Shown: positions 11,713 through 21,121 of the stretch, in pieces | Layout of the letters: each line of letters starts with the position of its first letter | Numbering within the stretch: the first letter of the stretch is position 1 | Source: Dimargaris cristalligena | Lineage: Eukaryota | Length of the DNA stretch: 64,000 nucleotides | Assembly (NCBI GenBank): GCA_003614675.1 | Contig: ML002214.1 | Coordinates: forward strand, 1-64,000 | Direction of reading: 5' to 3' | The notes under the pieces: generated by a model | The model's database searches: none | Told to the model about the DNA's origin: nothing | What the model saw: the letters and a program-made list of their open reading frames with translations, nothing else | Made by a program: the position numbers and the translations under genes

Positions 11713-11994
11713 CTATTGCTGCACGGTGGTTGTGGATTTACCTCTTAAGTTCTGTACAGCGGCTGAAGCTTTATGGCCCAAGTCCTTCGCAGTGGCGGCG
11801 GCTTGACTGCCGAAGCTCTTCGCAGCGACTTTTAGTTTATCACCCAATTTCGTCGTACCAGCTAAGGCAGTCTTTTTCAGGAGTTTCATAGAATCCCTGT
11901 TGATAGCAGGATTGGGCTGTGGCAGGGGCGAGGCCGTAACCAGGATGGCACCGATCAGAGTGACGGAGATGAAAAGTTGGGTGAGCTTAACCAT
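11713..11994 (-). CDS. Small secreted cationic peptide precursor A (93 aa; four 11-mer amphipathic repeats)
   Basis: Signal peptide MVKLTQLFISVTLIGAILVTA, then SP-LP-QP-NP and a Lys/Ala-rich mature part. Minus-strand TATATAAA near 12130. Frame conserved in the paralog at 61694-61963. Confidence 0.85.
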   Translation of the reverse strand: MVKLTQLFISVTLIGAILVTASPLPQPNPAINRDSMKLLKKTALAGTTKLGDKLKVAAKSFGSQAAATAKDLGHKASAAVQNLRGKSTTTVQQ

Positions 11995-13092
11995 AGTGAA
12001 GGGAGTAGGGGAGACGAAATTGAGATGTAGGATAAAAGGGCAATGTATGACAGGGATGGTGCGGATGCAGTGGTATGGATAGAATGGGGATTGATATTGA
12101 TTAGAAAGGAAGCGCGCTGCCTGGGGTATTTATATAGTTGCCCAGCAGTCGGTCACCCGGCCAACCTAAGTAGAGTCACCCAGCTTCTTTATTACCTTGT
12201 TAAACACATACTACCACAGGCCATCCTCCAAACGATCCATGCGGACTCCTCCCAAAGTACTGTAGGTTAACAATCGCCTATAAACCACCGGTATCTCTAC
12301 TACCCCAGCCCTAGGAATGTAACAAAGAGCTGGTCGATAGTACGATGATCTCTGGCCAGTCCCCCCTAGTCTACGGTCGGAAGGATCGTCGAATGCACCG
12401 TTCCTCACCTACCCCGTCTTTCCAATCCAGCTACTTTGTAGACGGTCAGCATAGTTTGACTCCCCACAAGCAGTCGCGATACAATTCCCCCAAATGATCA
12501 ACCGCTGCATATGGCTCAATCTCCGTAGTATAATGGGGTGTAGGATTCAAAGTTACAGACAAACCGCTGGTGTATTCTTTGCATCATTGTTCGTCAAGGA
12601 GATCCTTAGATATTGTGCCGATTATGTTACCTTGCCCACTACCTTGCCTTACGGGCTGGTTACTCCCTTCCCTTCTCCACTCTCCCCTCTTCCCATTTTT
12701 TTGGCCGTTGGATCTCCCGCCCGTATCTCATCTGCTCTGCGTAAAAGCTGAGCCGCCAGGATCATCCGTTCACTTTATTTTCGTTGTAATCGGTCAACCA
12801 ACACTCTGATCGACAGATGATATAAATTCAAAGCAAGTTGGTCCATTGTGTCTCTCTGCATTTTGCATTGCCCGTCCTGCTCGTCTAATCCAACTTCGCC
12901 TAACTACAACGCAATGCCGGTGGGTGTTCTCGTCAGTTTATTACCCCTCCCCCGCCCGTTGCCATATGACCAATGTAACATAGCCGCATGCCTGTTGAGA
13001 CATGGGCAGTTCTGGTCAGAGTGTCGCCGCAAATTGATATATAAAATATATCGCTTCTGATTAAGCCAGCTTGAACCCAATACCGTTACATA

Positions 13093-13230
13093 TGGGGGAG
13101 GTTCAACTAGGCTGTATAACGAAAAGTCCGTTGGATGAGACCATTACTACAGGTTAAAATTAAATCGTCTGACCATTTTCCCATGCACAAAGTATTTTAA
13201 ATTTTATCCGGCTAGGTCGAATTTCCCCCA
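13093..13230 (+). mobile_element. 138-bp MITE, copy 2 (more diverged)
   Basis: TA-TGGGGGAGGTTCAACTAGGCTG...CGGCTAGGTCGAATTTCCCCCA-TA; absent from the paralogous site near 63090. Confidence 0.85.
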
Positions 13231-14302
13231 TATAATATAAAAATAGTATATATTGGCTTAGTGCAATGGTAAGTGCCCCGTAGAATTGACTAAAGTATGA
13301 CCGTCATACCTGAAGCCTTCAAACCTAGAGCTGTATGGCCGTGCTGGGGGTCTAACCGGCTGATACCTGTCAGCTGTTACAGTTTACTGGTTGTACCACT
13401 CCAGAGGACGAATGGAGGTGACTCTCTAAGCCAGCATTTGCCAATGCGCTCCCAAGTCATTCCGGTGCTGCTATTTCTTAATTCCATTGCTCATGCTTAG
13501 ACAGCCCCGGTGTTTTTCTAGGTCGAGTTTACTATACCCCCGCTGATATTCACCGAACTGTGAAGTTGCCCAGACTCTAGGACCGGGGAATTGAAAATGC
13601 CTCGACTCAAATTCAATGACCTATTCCATCGCCCAATACTCGTATTACCAGTTTGGGCAATATCCGAATAATAGGGCTAATATGGGGGTACCTCTCTATC
13701 CACATGTGGTGAAAATTAAAGCTTTGGAAAGATAGTAATGGTCTGTTTTTATAGTCAGTTCGACTATAATCCCGTTAAAGCTATACCACCTTACCCCCAA
13801 GTCCCGCCGGCTGCACATTCGCTGCACAAGGCCAGGCTAATAGTCACAAATGTTGGGCATGTTAGCAATCCCATATATGTATGTATTTTGGTGGATCAGT
13901 TCCAGATTCCCGTAAATATAAATTTTAATGACATACGCGATTGTCCATTTAATTATGCGACAATTCAAGCGATGTGGCAGTCATAGCAGTAGCCCAATTA
14001 AAGAAGGGTTATAGGCAATCGATTGCCGACTCGCGTCTGACACATCCCCTCCGTTATCGGAATAGGAACAATAAACAAAAGTCCAATAAACTTTTATCCC
14101 TACTAATTTTTGAAAACAATATCCTTTTTCTTAAAAAAAACTAAAACAAATGATAAAAAGTAGTAAAACTACTCAATGAAGTACATGATTGTGGAATTGG
14201 ATGAGCAAAGAGTGATGCAACAACAACAATAAGGCCAAACATAAAATTCAAATTAGACGGGCCGTAAGTCTCTCTCTCTCTCTTTCTCTTTCTCCTCATT
14301 TA

Positions 14303-17300
14303 TCAAAGGGCACCACTACTACTCGCACCGAACCATTTGTTCCGGCACACCACGGCCTCCTGGCGCACGGCCCGTTTACGGTCGTCTAAGGGACCGGCCA
14401 GGGCTTTGATCACCTCCTTCCGGTAGGGGTGAATGATGGAGTATTCGAGGCATTCGGGTAGAATGGCCAGACACTTAAGGGCCGCCGTACGCACCTGCAT
14501 CGGATTGAGGGGCGGTTCACTACTACTCTCGGCGGACACCGTCGTCGCCGTCGATGATGATTTCCGGGCGGACGTTAACCGAAGCAGGGCTTTGACCACG
14601 GATCCGATGTACTCAGCCATTAAATCGGACGCATCCAGGGCCACCGTGTAGAGGGTATTAATAGTACTCACACAGGACTCAACGTGCGGCAACTCGAGCG
14701 ACGACAGCAGCAGGGGCATCAGGGACGAGAGTTCGGCCATCAACACCGGCTTGGGAATGTACTGCACCATGTGGGACAGGGCCAGCAGGTAGTAGCGGTG
14801 CTGTTGGTGGTTCTGGGTCGACGCCAGGCCGGTCGAATTCGATGAGGAGGCAGCGGCCGTCCGATAGCCCTGGACCAGGCCCGGGAGGCACTGCACAAAG
14901 AATTTCTGGCGATACAGCAGTTTAACCCGGGCGTGGGCCGCTCTAGTCAGGGCAAAGGGGTGATCCCGCACGATATGCCCTAGTCCAACGGCTACGCGGG
15001 GGGCTAACACGGGGTCGCGGAGCCAGCCGAGAAGTTGGTCGACCAGCTGGCTCTGAAGTCCTCCGCCGGCCAGTAGAACCACCGCCTTGGTGAGCGCCAG
15101 GTAGATAGTTAGAGCCACCAGGCGTCCCACTTGGGATCGGGTGGAGTCCGTACAGGCATGGGTAATGACCGGCAATAAGTCCTGTTCGACAAGGGTCAGG
15201 GAGGCCGGTGCCGCTTTATTAACCCACGAGGCAATCAGCAGAGCCAGACTATCGCCGTAGGACCCGGACTCATCGGCCAGGGCAGTGGTCAATAGTAGCT
15301 TCATGATCGCGGCGGGATCTGATTCGGGCCAAGGTACAGCAGCGTGGAGGGTAGCCCCTAGGGCCGCCCAGAAGCGGCAGGTTTGGCGCTGGTAGGGCTG
15401 CAGCCGGTCAAAAATCAAACGATGATCGGCAGACAAGGCTTCAAGGGCGGTGGCACTGGCTTGGTTAATGGGGTTGAAAGGGAGCTCAAGGGTTGTGGCA
15501 GGGTCTTGCGCCGGTAGCAGGCTCTGGTAGGGGGTGGTATCACCATACATGAATAATCGGAACGCCGACGCAAACAACGGGGTCTGCTGCTCGGGTGTCA
15601 GACCCGCCAAGGCGGAGGCCAGACTATGGGCAATTTGATCCGCCTGGGCATCCTGACCAAAGGCGGAAATAGGCACCAGGGTATCCAAGGTGGAGAGTTC
15701 AGCTAGCCTAATGGCATCGCCGCGGAAAGTGGGGGCCACGGCAATGATAAGTAGGGTAGGGATGACCGTTTCGGCGACCCAAGCGCGGTCTTCGGGGCCG
15801 GTCAGAGCATCGAGTAGTTCTCCGACCGTCTGCAGCACTGCGTCCGTGTACCGGAAACACGCCTCGGGTGGGGGTAGGGGGGTGGTCTGACCCGGGGTCG
15901 CCTGGATGACCGGGAGTAGGATTTCCAAGTACGGCCGAGCGAGCTGGGGCACAGCGCCCAGTTTAGCGACGAGGGCCAGCTCCAGATGCAGTTGGGGGTG
16001 AATGCGACCCGCATCGTACACGTCAGGCAGGTGCTGGCGCAGGGGCTCCACGGTGGCGTCCAGAATCACCTCCGGGAACCGCTGGGCCAGTTGGTGGAGG
16101 AGATTCAGGAGATAGTCCCGCGTAGCTTTGCCGTCCGCCGCGAGGTAAACTTCACGCAGAGTTAGGTAGGCCCCCCGTTTATCGGTCGCATCAAAGGCGG
16201 TGGGAACACTGACGGCGGCTAGGAGGGTGCTGCAGGTGAGTAGCACGTCCTGACTCTGGGGCGACCGTTGGAAGAACGGCACGCTGGCGGACAGACGGTG
16301 GTAGAGGTCAACCTCGTAGGTCTTCCAGAATGACTGGAGATCAGGGTATTGTGACACCTCAGGGGAACTAAATGCGACCCGGCTAGCGTCCAAAATGTCT
16401 CCTAGTATTTCAATATGGGCCCGCTCCGTGTCCATCGAAATCGGATCGCTGTCGGAGTTCCCGTTCGACGTTAGGAATAACGGCAGTACGGGCCGGACGA
16501 TCATGATACAGTTATAGAGCGACGTGGCGGCGATGCAGCTCAGAATTTTGCCGGTGGCGATCGCCTTTACCCATTGAGCATCAGCAACCTGGGCAACGAG
16601 GTCGTCAATTAAAGGCTTCACAAATTCGTGGGGATCTTCGGTTAGCGCCGCGGTGGGGGCTTTGTCTTGGGTCACCCGGGCGAAAAGCGTAGCCAAAGTG
16701 GATAGGCACTGGGCCCGTAGTGCGTCATCCGTGGTTTGGTAGATTTCCTCGCGGATTAGACTGGCCAGTTCCGCCATGTGGGGCTGCCAGTCGGCCGGGG
16801 TAAATACGGAGGCGCACTCCGCTAGGGTTTGGAGGGCATCGATCTTGGCCGATCCGGAGGAGGAGGTGAGTTTGGAGAGGAGGGGTTCGATGGCATAGGG
16901 ACCGAACGCGGGCGTGGCGGCGATACAATGGCGTAGGGCCGCTTTTAAATCCTCGGCGGTGACGCCCAGGGCATCTCCGGGTGGGGGCTTAAAGGTAATG
17001 GGGAAATAGCAGAACACCACCTCAAATAGATCGTCCGCATGACCCGTCACATCAAAGTGACGCACAATGCGGGGGAATAGATCGAAACACACCATCAGAT
17101 TACGGGGGTCCTTTTCCGAGTCCATGGCCTGGATAAAGAGGGCGGGCAGGGAAGGCAGCTGCCTCTGTAGGGTCGGCAAGTACTCCGTGAGCAGGTACTG
17201 CAGTAAGTGAAGAATGGCCAGGCGGGTGGGTTGTTGGAAACTCTGGATATGAATTTCCTCGAGGAGACTCTCGACCACCGACCCCGCGAAGTCGCCCTGG

Positions 17301-17650
17301 CGGAACCCGGCCGTGTGGGACAGGTTCGTCAAGCCCTCGACCAGCCAAGGGACGCACGGGGTATCGGCCAGCCGCTCCCGGAAGAAATTGGTCAGGAACT
17401 TCACTGCGGGGGGCGCAATGTGGGCGTCGTCGAGTCGACGGATCACCGTGGCCAGGAGCTTAATGCCCTTGGCGCGCCATTCGTTGCGTTCACTGGTGAG
17501 GGGCTTTTCCAAGCCCTGGACGAGAGTGAGTAAACTATTGTCACCCTGGTGGATCGAGTCCAGGATGGCCTGCAAGGCTTGTTCCTGGCCGCTACGGTCA
17601 CTGGAATTCTCGAGGGCGGCGAGGTACGTGTCGATAAGCCCAGAGTCCAT
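14303..17650 (-). CDS. MMS19: MMS19/Met18 HEAT-repeat cytosolic Fe-S assembly targeting factor
   Basis: Signature MDSEKDPRNLM..F, VVFCYFPITFKPPPGD and C-terminal LDDRKRAVRQEAVVCRNKW; 1115-aa intronless ORF. Confidence 0.95.
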   Translation of the reverse strand: MDSGLIDTYLAALENSSDRSGQEQALQAILDSIHQGDNSLLTLVQGLEKPLTSERNEWRAKGIKLLATVIRRLDDAHIAPPAVKFLTNFFRERLADTPCVPWLVEGLTNLSHTAGFRQGDFAGSVVESLLEEIHIQSFQQPTRLAILHLLQYLLTEYLPTLQRQLPSLPALFIQAMDSEKDPRNLMVCFDLFPRIVRHFDVTGHADDLFEVVFCYFPITFKPPPGDALGVTAEDLKAALRHCIAATPAFGPYAIEPLLSKLTSSSGSAKIDALQTLAECASVFTPADWQPHMAELASLIREEIYQTTDDALRAQCLSTLATLFARVTQDKAPTAALTEDPHEFVKPLIDDLVAQVADAQWVKAIATGKILSCIAATSLYNCIMIVRPVLPLFLTSNGNSDSDPISMDTERAHIEILGDILDASRVAFSSPEVSQYPDLQSFWKTYEVDLYHRLSASVPFFQRSPQSQDVLLTCSTLLAAVSVPTAFDATDKRGAYLTLREVYLAADGKATRDYLLNLLHQLAQRFPEVILDATVEPLRQHLPDVYDAGRIHPQLHLELALVAKLGAVPQLARPYLEILLPVIQATPGQTTPLPPPEACFRYTDAVLQTVGELLDALTGPEDRAWVAETVIPTLLIIAVAPTFRGDAIRLAELSTLDTLVPISAFGQDAQADQIAHSLASALAGLTPEQQTPLFASAFRLFMYGDTTPYQSLLPAQDPATTLELPFNPINQASATALEALSADHRLIFDRLQPYQRQTCRFWAALGATLHAAVPWPESDPAAIMKLLLTTALADESGSYGDSLALLIASWVNKAAPASLTLVEQDLLPVITHACTDSTRSQVGRLVALTIYLALTKAVVLLAGGGLQSQLVDQLLGWLRDPVLAPRVAVGLGHIVRDHPFALTRAAHARVKLLYRQKFFVQCLPGLVQGYRTAAASSSNSTGLASTQNHQQHRYYLLALSHMVQYIPKPVLMAELSSLMPLLLSSLELPHVESCVSTINTLYTVALDASDLMAEYIGSVVKALLRLTSARKSSSTATTVSAESSSEPPLNPMQVRTAALKCLAILPECLEYSIIHPYRKEVIKALAGPLDDRKRAVRQEAVVCRNKWFGASSSGAL

Positions 17651-18177
17651 TAGTAAAGGTTGGAGGGGGCGGGGCCAAGTGGGAGGGGAGGGGAAGAGGG
17701 TAGAGGAGGGGAGTGAATTCTAAACCGGGCTCAATGAACGGGGGTACGGCGGATAAGTAAGGACGGTAGGAAACTGGTCGAAGGGGTGGAACAACCGATT
17801 AAGTGAATGGGGGCGGGTGGGTCGTCGTCAATTAGAAGAGTGTGTGGGTGGGGGGATATAGAAGGGGCTGGGTAAGCTGGTTTAGCAACTAAGAGAGCTT
17901 CGAAAGATACGCCAATGGGTTATAGCGATTGAGAAACGAGCTCCCGGGCCTAGGCGACAATGCCGGGTAGTATGCGCAACAGTCAACCAAACTAAAGGCG
18001 AGAGAAGTTATCAACACGGCGCCGACCTAAAATAAAAAGAGGTTCAAAGAAGCACCAAAGGGTCGAGATGCAATGAAACTGGGGAGCGGGAATGGGAGAG
18101 AGGAAGAAGAGAGGGGAAGGGCTCTTCGCATATATACCGAAACCCGAGTGGATTAATATAGCCTCTCTCCCTCTTTC

Positions 18178-18750
18178 TCTCCGTCGTGGTACGCTCGCAT
18201 CGATGGTCTTTTAATTCGGCCCAAGCACGTTATCAATGATATCCTAGGATACCGCGTAGGGACTAAAACCACATTCTACACCCTACTTAGCACGTCTAAC
18301 CAAGGCTTGTCGTACAACTTCATCGAGGATGGATTGTGGTGGGTAGGTCAAGGGAGAAGGCGTTCCACCCACACTGACCGCCTGCCCATTCCACTGTGCG
18401 GCTCCCCTTATCGCACATTGGTCAGCCACGCATCCAATTGATGATCTTAAGATAAAATGCGAGCGATACGCCCTGGTGATAAGGAAAATGGCTGTAAGGA
18501 GGGCAAGGGTCAATCCACCCGCCCTCCCTCCCATTTTAGACCTGGAAGCAAGACCCATTGCACCCAGAATCGAACTATACACTACGCCAAACACTTGAAC
18601 GGTTACAGGATCCTAGGTTTATTAAACGGGTGGTTTTATATGGTTCAGTGGTCCCTGTGCAAGGATACACGACGGAAGATAAACTGATTGGAGCTTCAGC
18701 GGAGGCAAATCCCATCTCTATCCAGTATGAGTCAACTAGCTTCTATACCA
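18178..18750 (+). ncRNA. Candidate structured non-coding RNA, family unassigned
   Basis: Nested helices: 18181-88/18668-75, 18192-200/18457-65, 18320-31/18431-44, 18374-79/18420-25, 18485-510/18517-37, 18558-63/18657-62 and 18572-79/18639-46. G-U pairs favour the + strand. No credible ORF; TATA-like and CT-rich tract just upstream. Confidence 0.55.
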
Positions 18751-18790
18751 TGGCAAATATATTCAAAAAAAAGAAAAGTGGGTGGGCTCA

Positions 18791-21121
18791 TCACTCCGAA
18801 TCTGACGAATACCGGGACGGACGAGCGCGCCGAGGGGAGCGCGACACTGACTTTGACGAGCGCGATGAACGACGACTGTCGTCGGAATCTGATGAACGCC
18901 GGGACGAGCGTTTGCGCCGAGGAGACCGCGACACCGACCGTGACGAGGAGGCCGAGCGCGAAGAACGGCGACTGCCGTCCGAATCCGACCCGGACCCCGA
19001 GGAACTATCATCGTCGTCACTGCTCGAGTCGTCCGAGTCCGATGATGTATCGCCCAGGTGACCCAGGAGGGTCTTGGGGGCGTTGGCCAAATGTTCGCGC
19101 AGATCCACGGTCAGCGCCCCCAGGCCAATACTGACGAAGTAGTTGATGGCAAACCGAGTGTGCTTGGGATTGTCCATGGGGAACAGGCCCTGGAACGCTT
19201 CGGCGGTGGCCGGGTCCTTCAACCGGTCATGCAGCCGTTGGAGGCCAAGCGCCTCGGCTAAACCAAGCATGAGAATCTTGATGAAGATGCGGGAGCTCGA
19301 CGAGGTGGTCTCTTCGCTGAGGGTGATAATAGACAGCGCCGGCCAGGGTAAGGCGTCGGTGGCGAAGAGGTGGCTAAAGTACTGGGCGATGTTGCGCAGT
19401 CGGTTGGTTTCGTATTGATGAATAGTCTCGTAGGTTTCGACGAAACACTGCTCAAACGCGTGGGCCCAGCGCCGGTTAATCTTGCAGAACCGTTCACCGA
19501 TGAGTCCGTAAAATTTGAGGTAGGTTCGTTCCTGAGCGCAGCATTCGATAATCATGTTGCACAGCTCAATCTCCAGACCTGGCTCGATTCGGAGCTGCAT
19601 CAGCTTATGGACGCCTTCTTCAAAATTGGCGCTCGACATAATGGTCAGATAGATGGTCCGGCGTAGATTAATGATGTTGGTCCCTGTACGATCTTGAATC
19701 GTGATCTTCTCTAGCGCTCCCGAGGGAGCCTGCCCGGAGCCTCCGGCGGCACTGTCATCGCTGACATTGCCATCGTCGTTATCCGAGTCGGAGTCTGACC
19801 CTGACCCGCTACTACCTTCGTCACCATCGCTGTCGTCTTCGTCGGCATCGCCGAGTACTTCCGAACGGAACTGGCTGTATTTGGCCTCGTGGGCCTCGTA
19901 TTCGGGATCGAATTTGAAAACGTTCAATTCGTTCTGATCCCGGACGGAGTCATCTTCCAGTGAAATTTGGTGAGTGATTTGGTCGTCCTCTTCGACAATA
20001 TCGAGTTCAGCGGGAATCGCCGGATATTTTTCAAAGCGCGATTTGCGGATGTGAAATAGCACCTCAATCATGTATTGAATTCGCTCATCAATGTCGGCCT
20101 CGTGGAGAATGGACCGGAAAATCTCAAAAATGGAATTGATCACCTGGGGGGCGGTGTCGGACAAGTGGGCACCGCATTCCTTCATGAAACCAACAGCCAC
20201 TTCGACGGCATCATCCGTGGGGTTATCCAGGAGCAGTTGCAGAATCTCGAAGGCCAGCAGCTCGTGGATAATACGCTGGTTGGTAAGTTGGGCGATGAAT
20301 TGGGTAGTGGTCAAGCAGTTGGCCTTGTGGTTCTGACGGAAGGCACGGCGGAATTGGATGACCAAACGCTGGACCAGCAGCTCACCCACCATGGGCAGTT
20401 TAGAGTTAACCACGGCCACCAGAGCGGCATAAACCGGGGTGAAGGAGCCGGACAGGCTTTGGGCTTTCATGAGCGACCGGGCAAAAAGCCCCCGCCCGCG
20501 TACCAAATTCTCCCGAAGCAGTTCCGGGATGATTTCCTTGATATTGGCGGTGTTGGCCTTATTGATAAACCCGTTAATGCTCTTCTTCAGGGCATCCCAC
20601 GTCAAGCGTTGATACTCGGCACTCGATTTGTCGGTGATTTCGGCCTGCATCTGCCGCAACCGAGCGGGAGGAATGTACGCCCCACTGGTGGTCACCAATG
20701 GTTTGACCGGCGGAGAGGAAGGAGGGGCAGTCCGATGAGACTGGGGGGGTGGGGACCGACTAAGGGAACGGGAAGGCTGTCGCAACCGCCGTTGGCGTTC
20801 CTGCCTCTGCCGTTCCCGTTCGTCCCGCCGCCGGGGATTCGTGTCTAGAATGGGGGACGGAGACCGACGGCGTCGATCTGGGGATCGTGAATCGGAAGGT
20901 GAGCGACGTCGCCGGTAGCTTCGCCAACGGCTGGGAGATCGGGAATACCGGCGGCGGCGGTTCCGGTCAGGGGAACGCGAGCGGGAAGGACTGTCAGAGC
21001 GAGATGCACTAACTGAGGGAGAGCGTTGTCGTCGACGTCGCCGCCGATGGGAAGACGGCGCGGGCGAGCGCGAACGAGAGGGGGTACGTGATCGCGAGGG
21101 AGACGCGCTGTGCTTGGCCAT
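18791..21121 (-). CDS. CWC22: Pre-mRNA splicing factor Cwc22 (MIF4G + MA3, RS-rich tails)
   Basis: GAYIPPARLR, YQRLTWDALKKSING, ENLVRGRGLF, LRRTIYLTIMSS and RFAINYF.SIGLG.LT; likely start MAKHSASP at 21121. Confidence 0.96.
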   Translation of the reverse strand: MAKHSASPSRSRTPSRSRSPAPSSHRRRRRRQRSPSVSASRSDSPSRSRSPDRNRRRRYSRSPSRWRSYRRRRSPSDSRSPDRRRRSPSPILDTNPRRRDERERQRQERQRRLRQPSRSLSRSPPPQSHRTAPPSSPPVKPLVTTSGAYIPPARLRQMQAEITDKSSAEYQRLTWDALKKSINGFINKANTANIKEIIPELLRENLVRGRGLFARSLMKAQSLSGSFTPVYAALVAVVNSKLPMVGELLVQRLVIQFRRAFRQNHKANCLTTTQFIAQLTNQRIIHELLAFEILQLLLDNPTDDAVEVAVGFMKECGAHLSDTAPQVINSIFEIFRSILHEADIDERIQYMIEVLFHIRKSRFEKYPAIPAELDIVEEDDQITHQISLEDDSVRDQNELNVFKFDPEYEAHEAKYSQFRSEVLGDADEDDSDGDEGSSGSGSDSDSDNDDGNVSDDSAAGGSGQAPSGALEKITIQDRTGTNIINLRRTIYLTIMSSANFEEGVHKLMQLRIEPGLEIELCNMIIECCAQERTYLKFYGLIGERFCKINRRWAHAFEQCFVETYETIHQYETNRLRNIAQYFSHLFATDALPWPALSIITLSEETTSSSSRIFIKILMLGLAEALGLQRLHDRLKDPATAEAFQGLFPMDNPKHTRFAINYFVSIGLGALTVDLREHLANAPKTLLGHLGDTSSDSDDSSSDDDDSSSGSGSDSDGSRRSSRSASSSRSVSRSPRRKRSSRRSSDSDDSRRSSRSSKSVSRSPRRARPSRYSSDSE

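Larger units (their letters stand above)
10920..13500 (+). repeat. Segmental duplication copy A (paralog of ~61395-63357)
   Basis: Colinear similarity in the same orientation, e.g. 12521-12550 identical to 62471-62500 and 12582-12625 identical to 62532-62575. Ends are approximate. Confidence 0.9.

Noticed and set aside
12522-12600. tRNA/SINE-like A box (TAGTATAATGG) in the conserved block
   Set aside because: No proper B box and no cloverleaf.
18235-18283. snR30/U17 m1/m2-like motifs (ATATCCTA...AAACCAC..ACA)
   Set aside because: Both motifs are imperfect, m1 can be sequestered by local pairing, and they lie near the 5' end of the structured region rather than in a 3' hairpin after an H box.
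20075-20848. Long antisense or alternative-frame ORFs within GC-rich genes (also 33166-33936, 8974-9645, 50156-50758)
   Set aside because: Shadow ORFs expected from codon bias; no motifs of their own.
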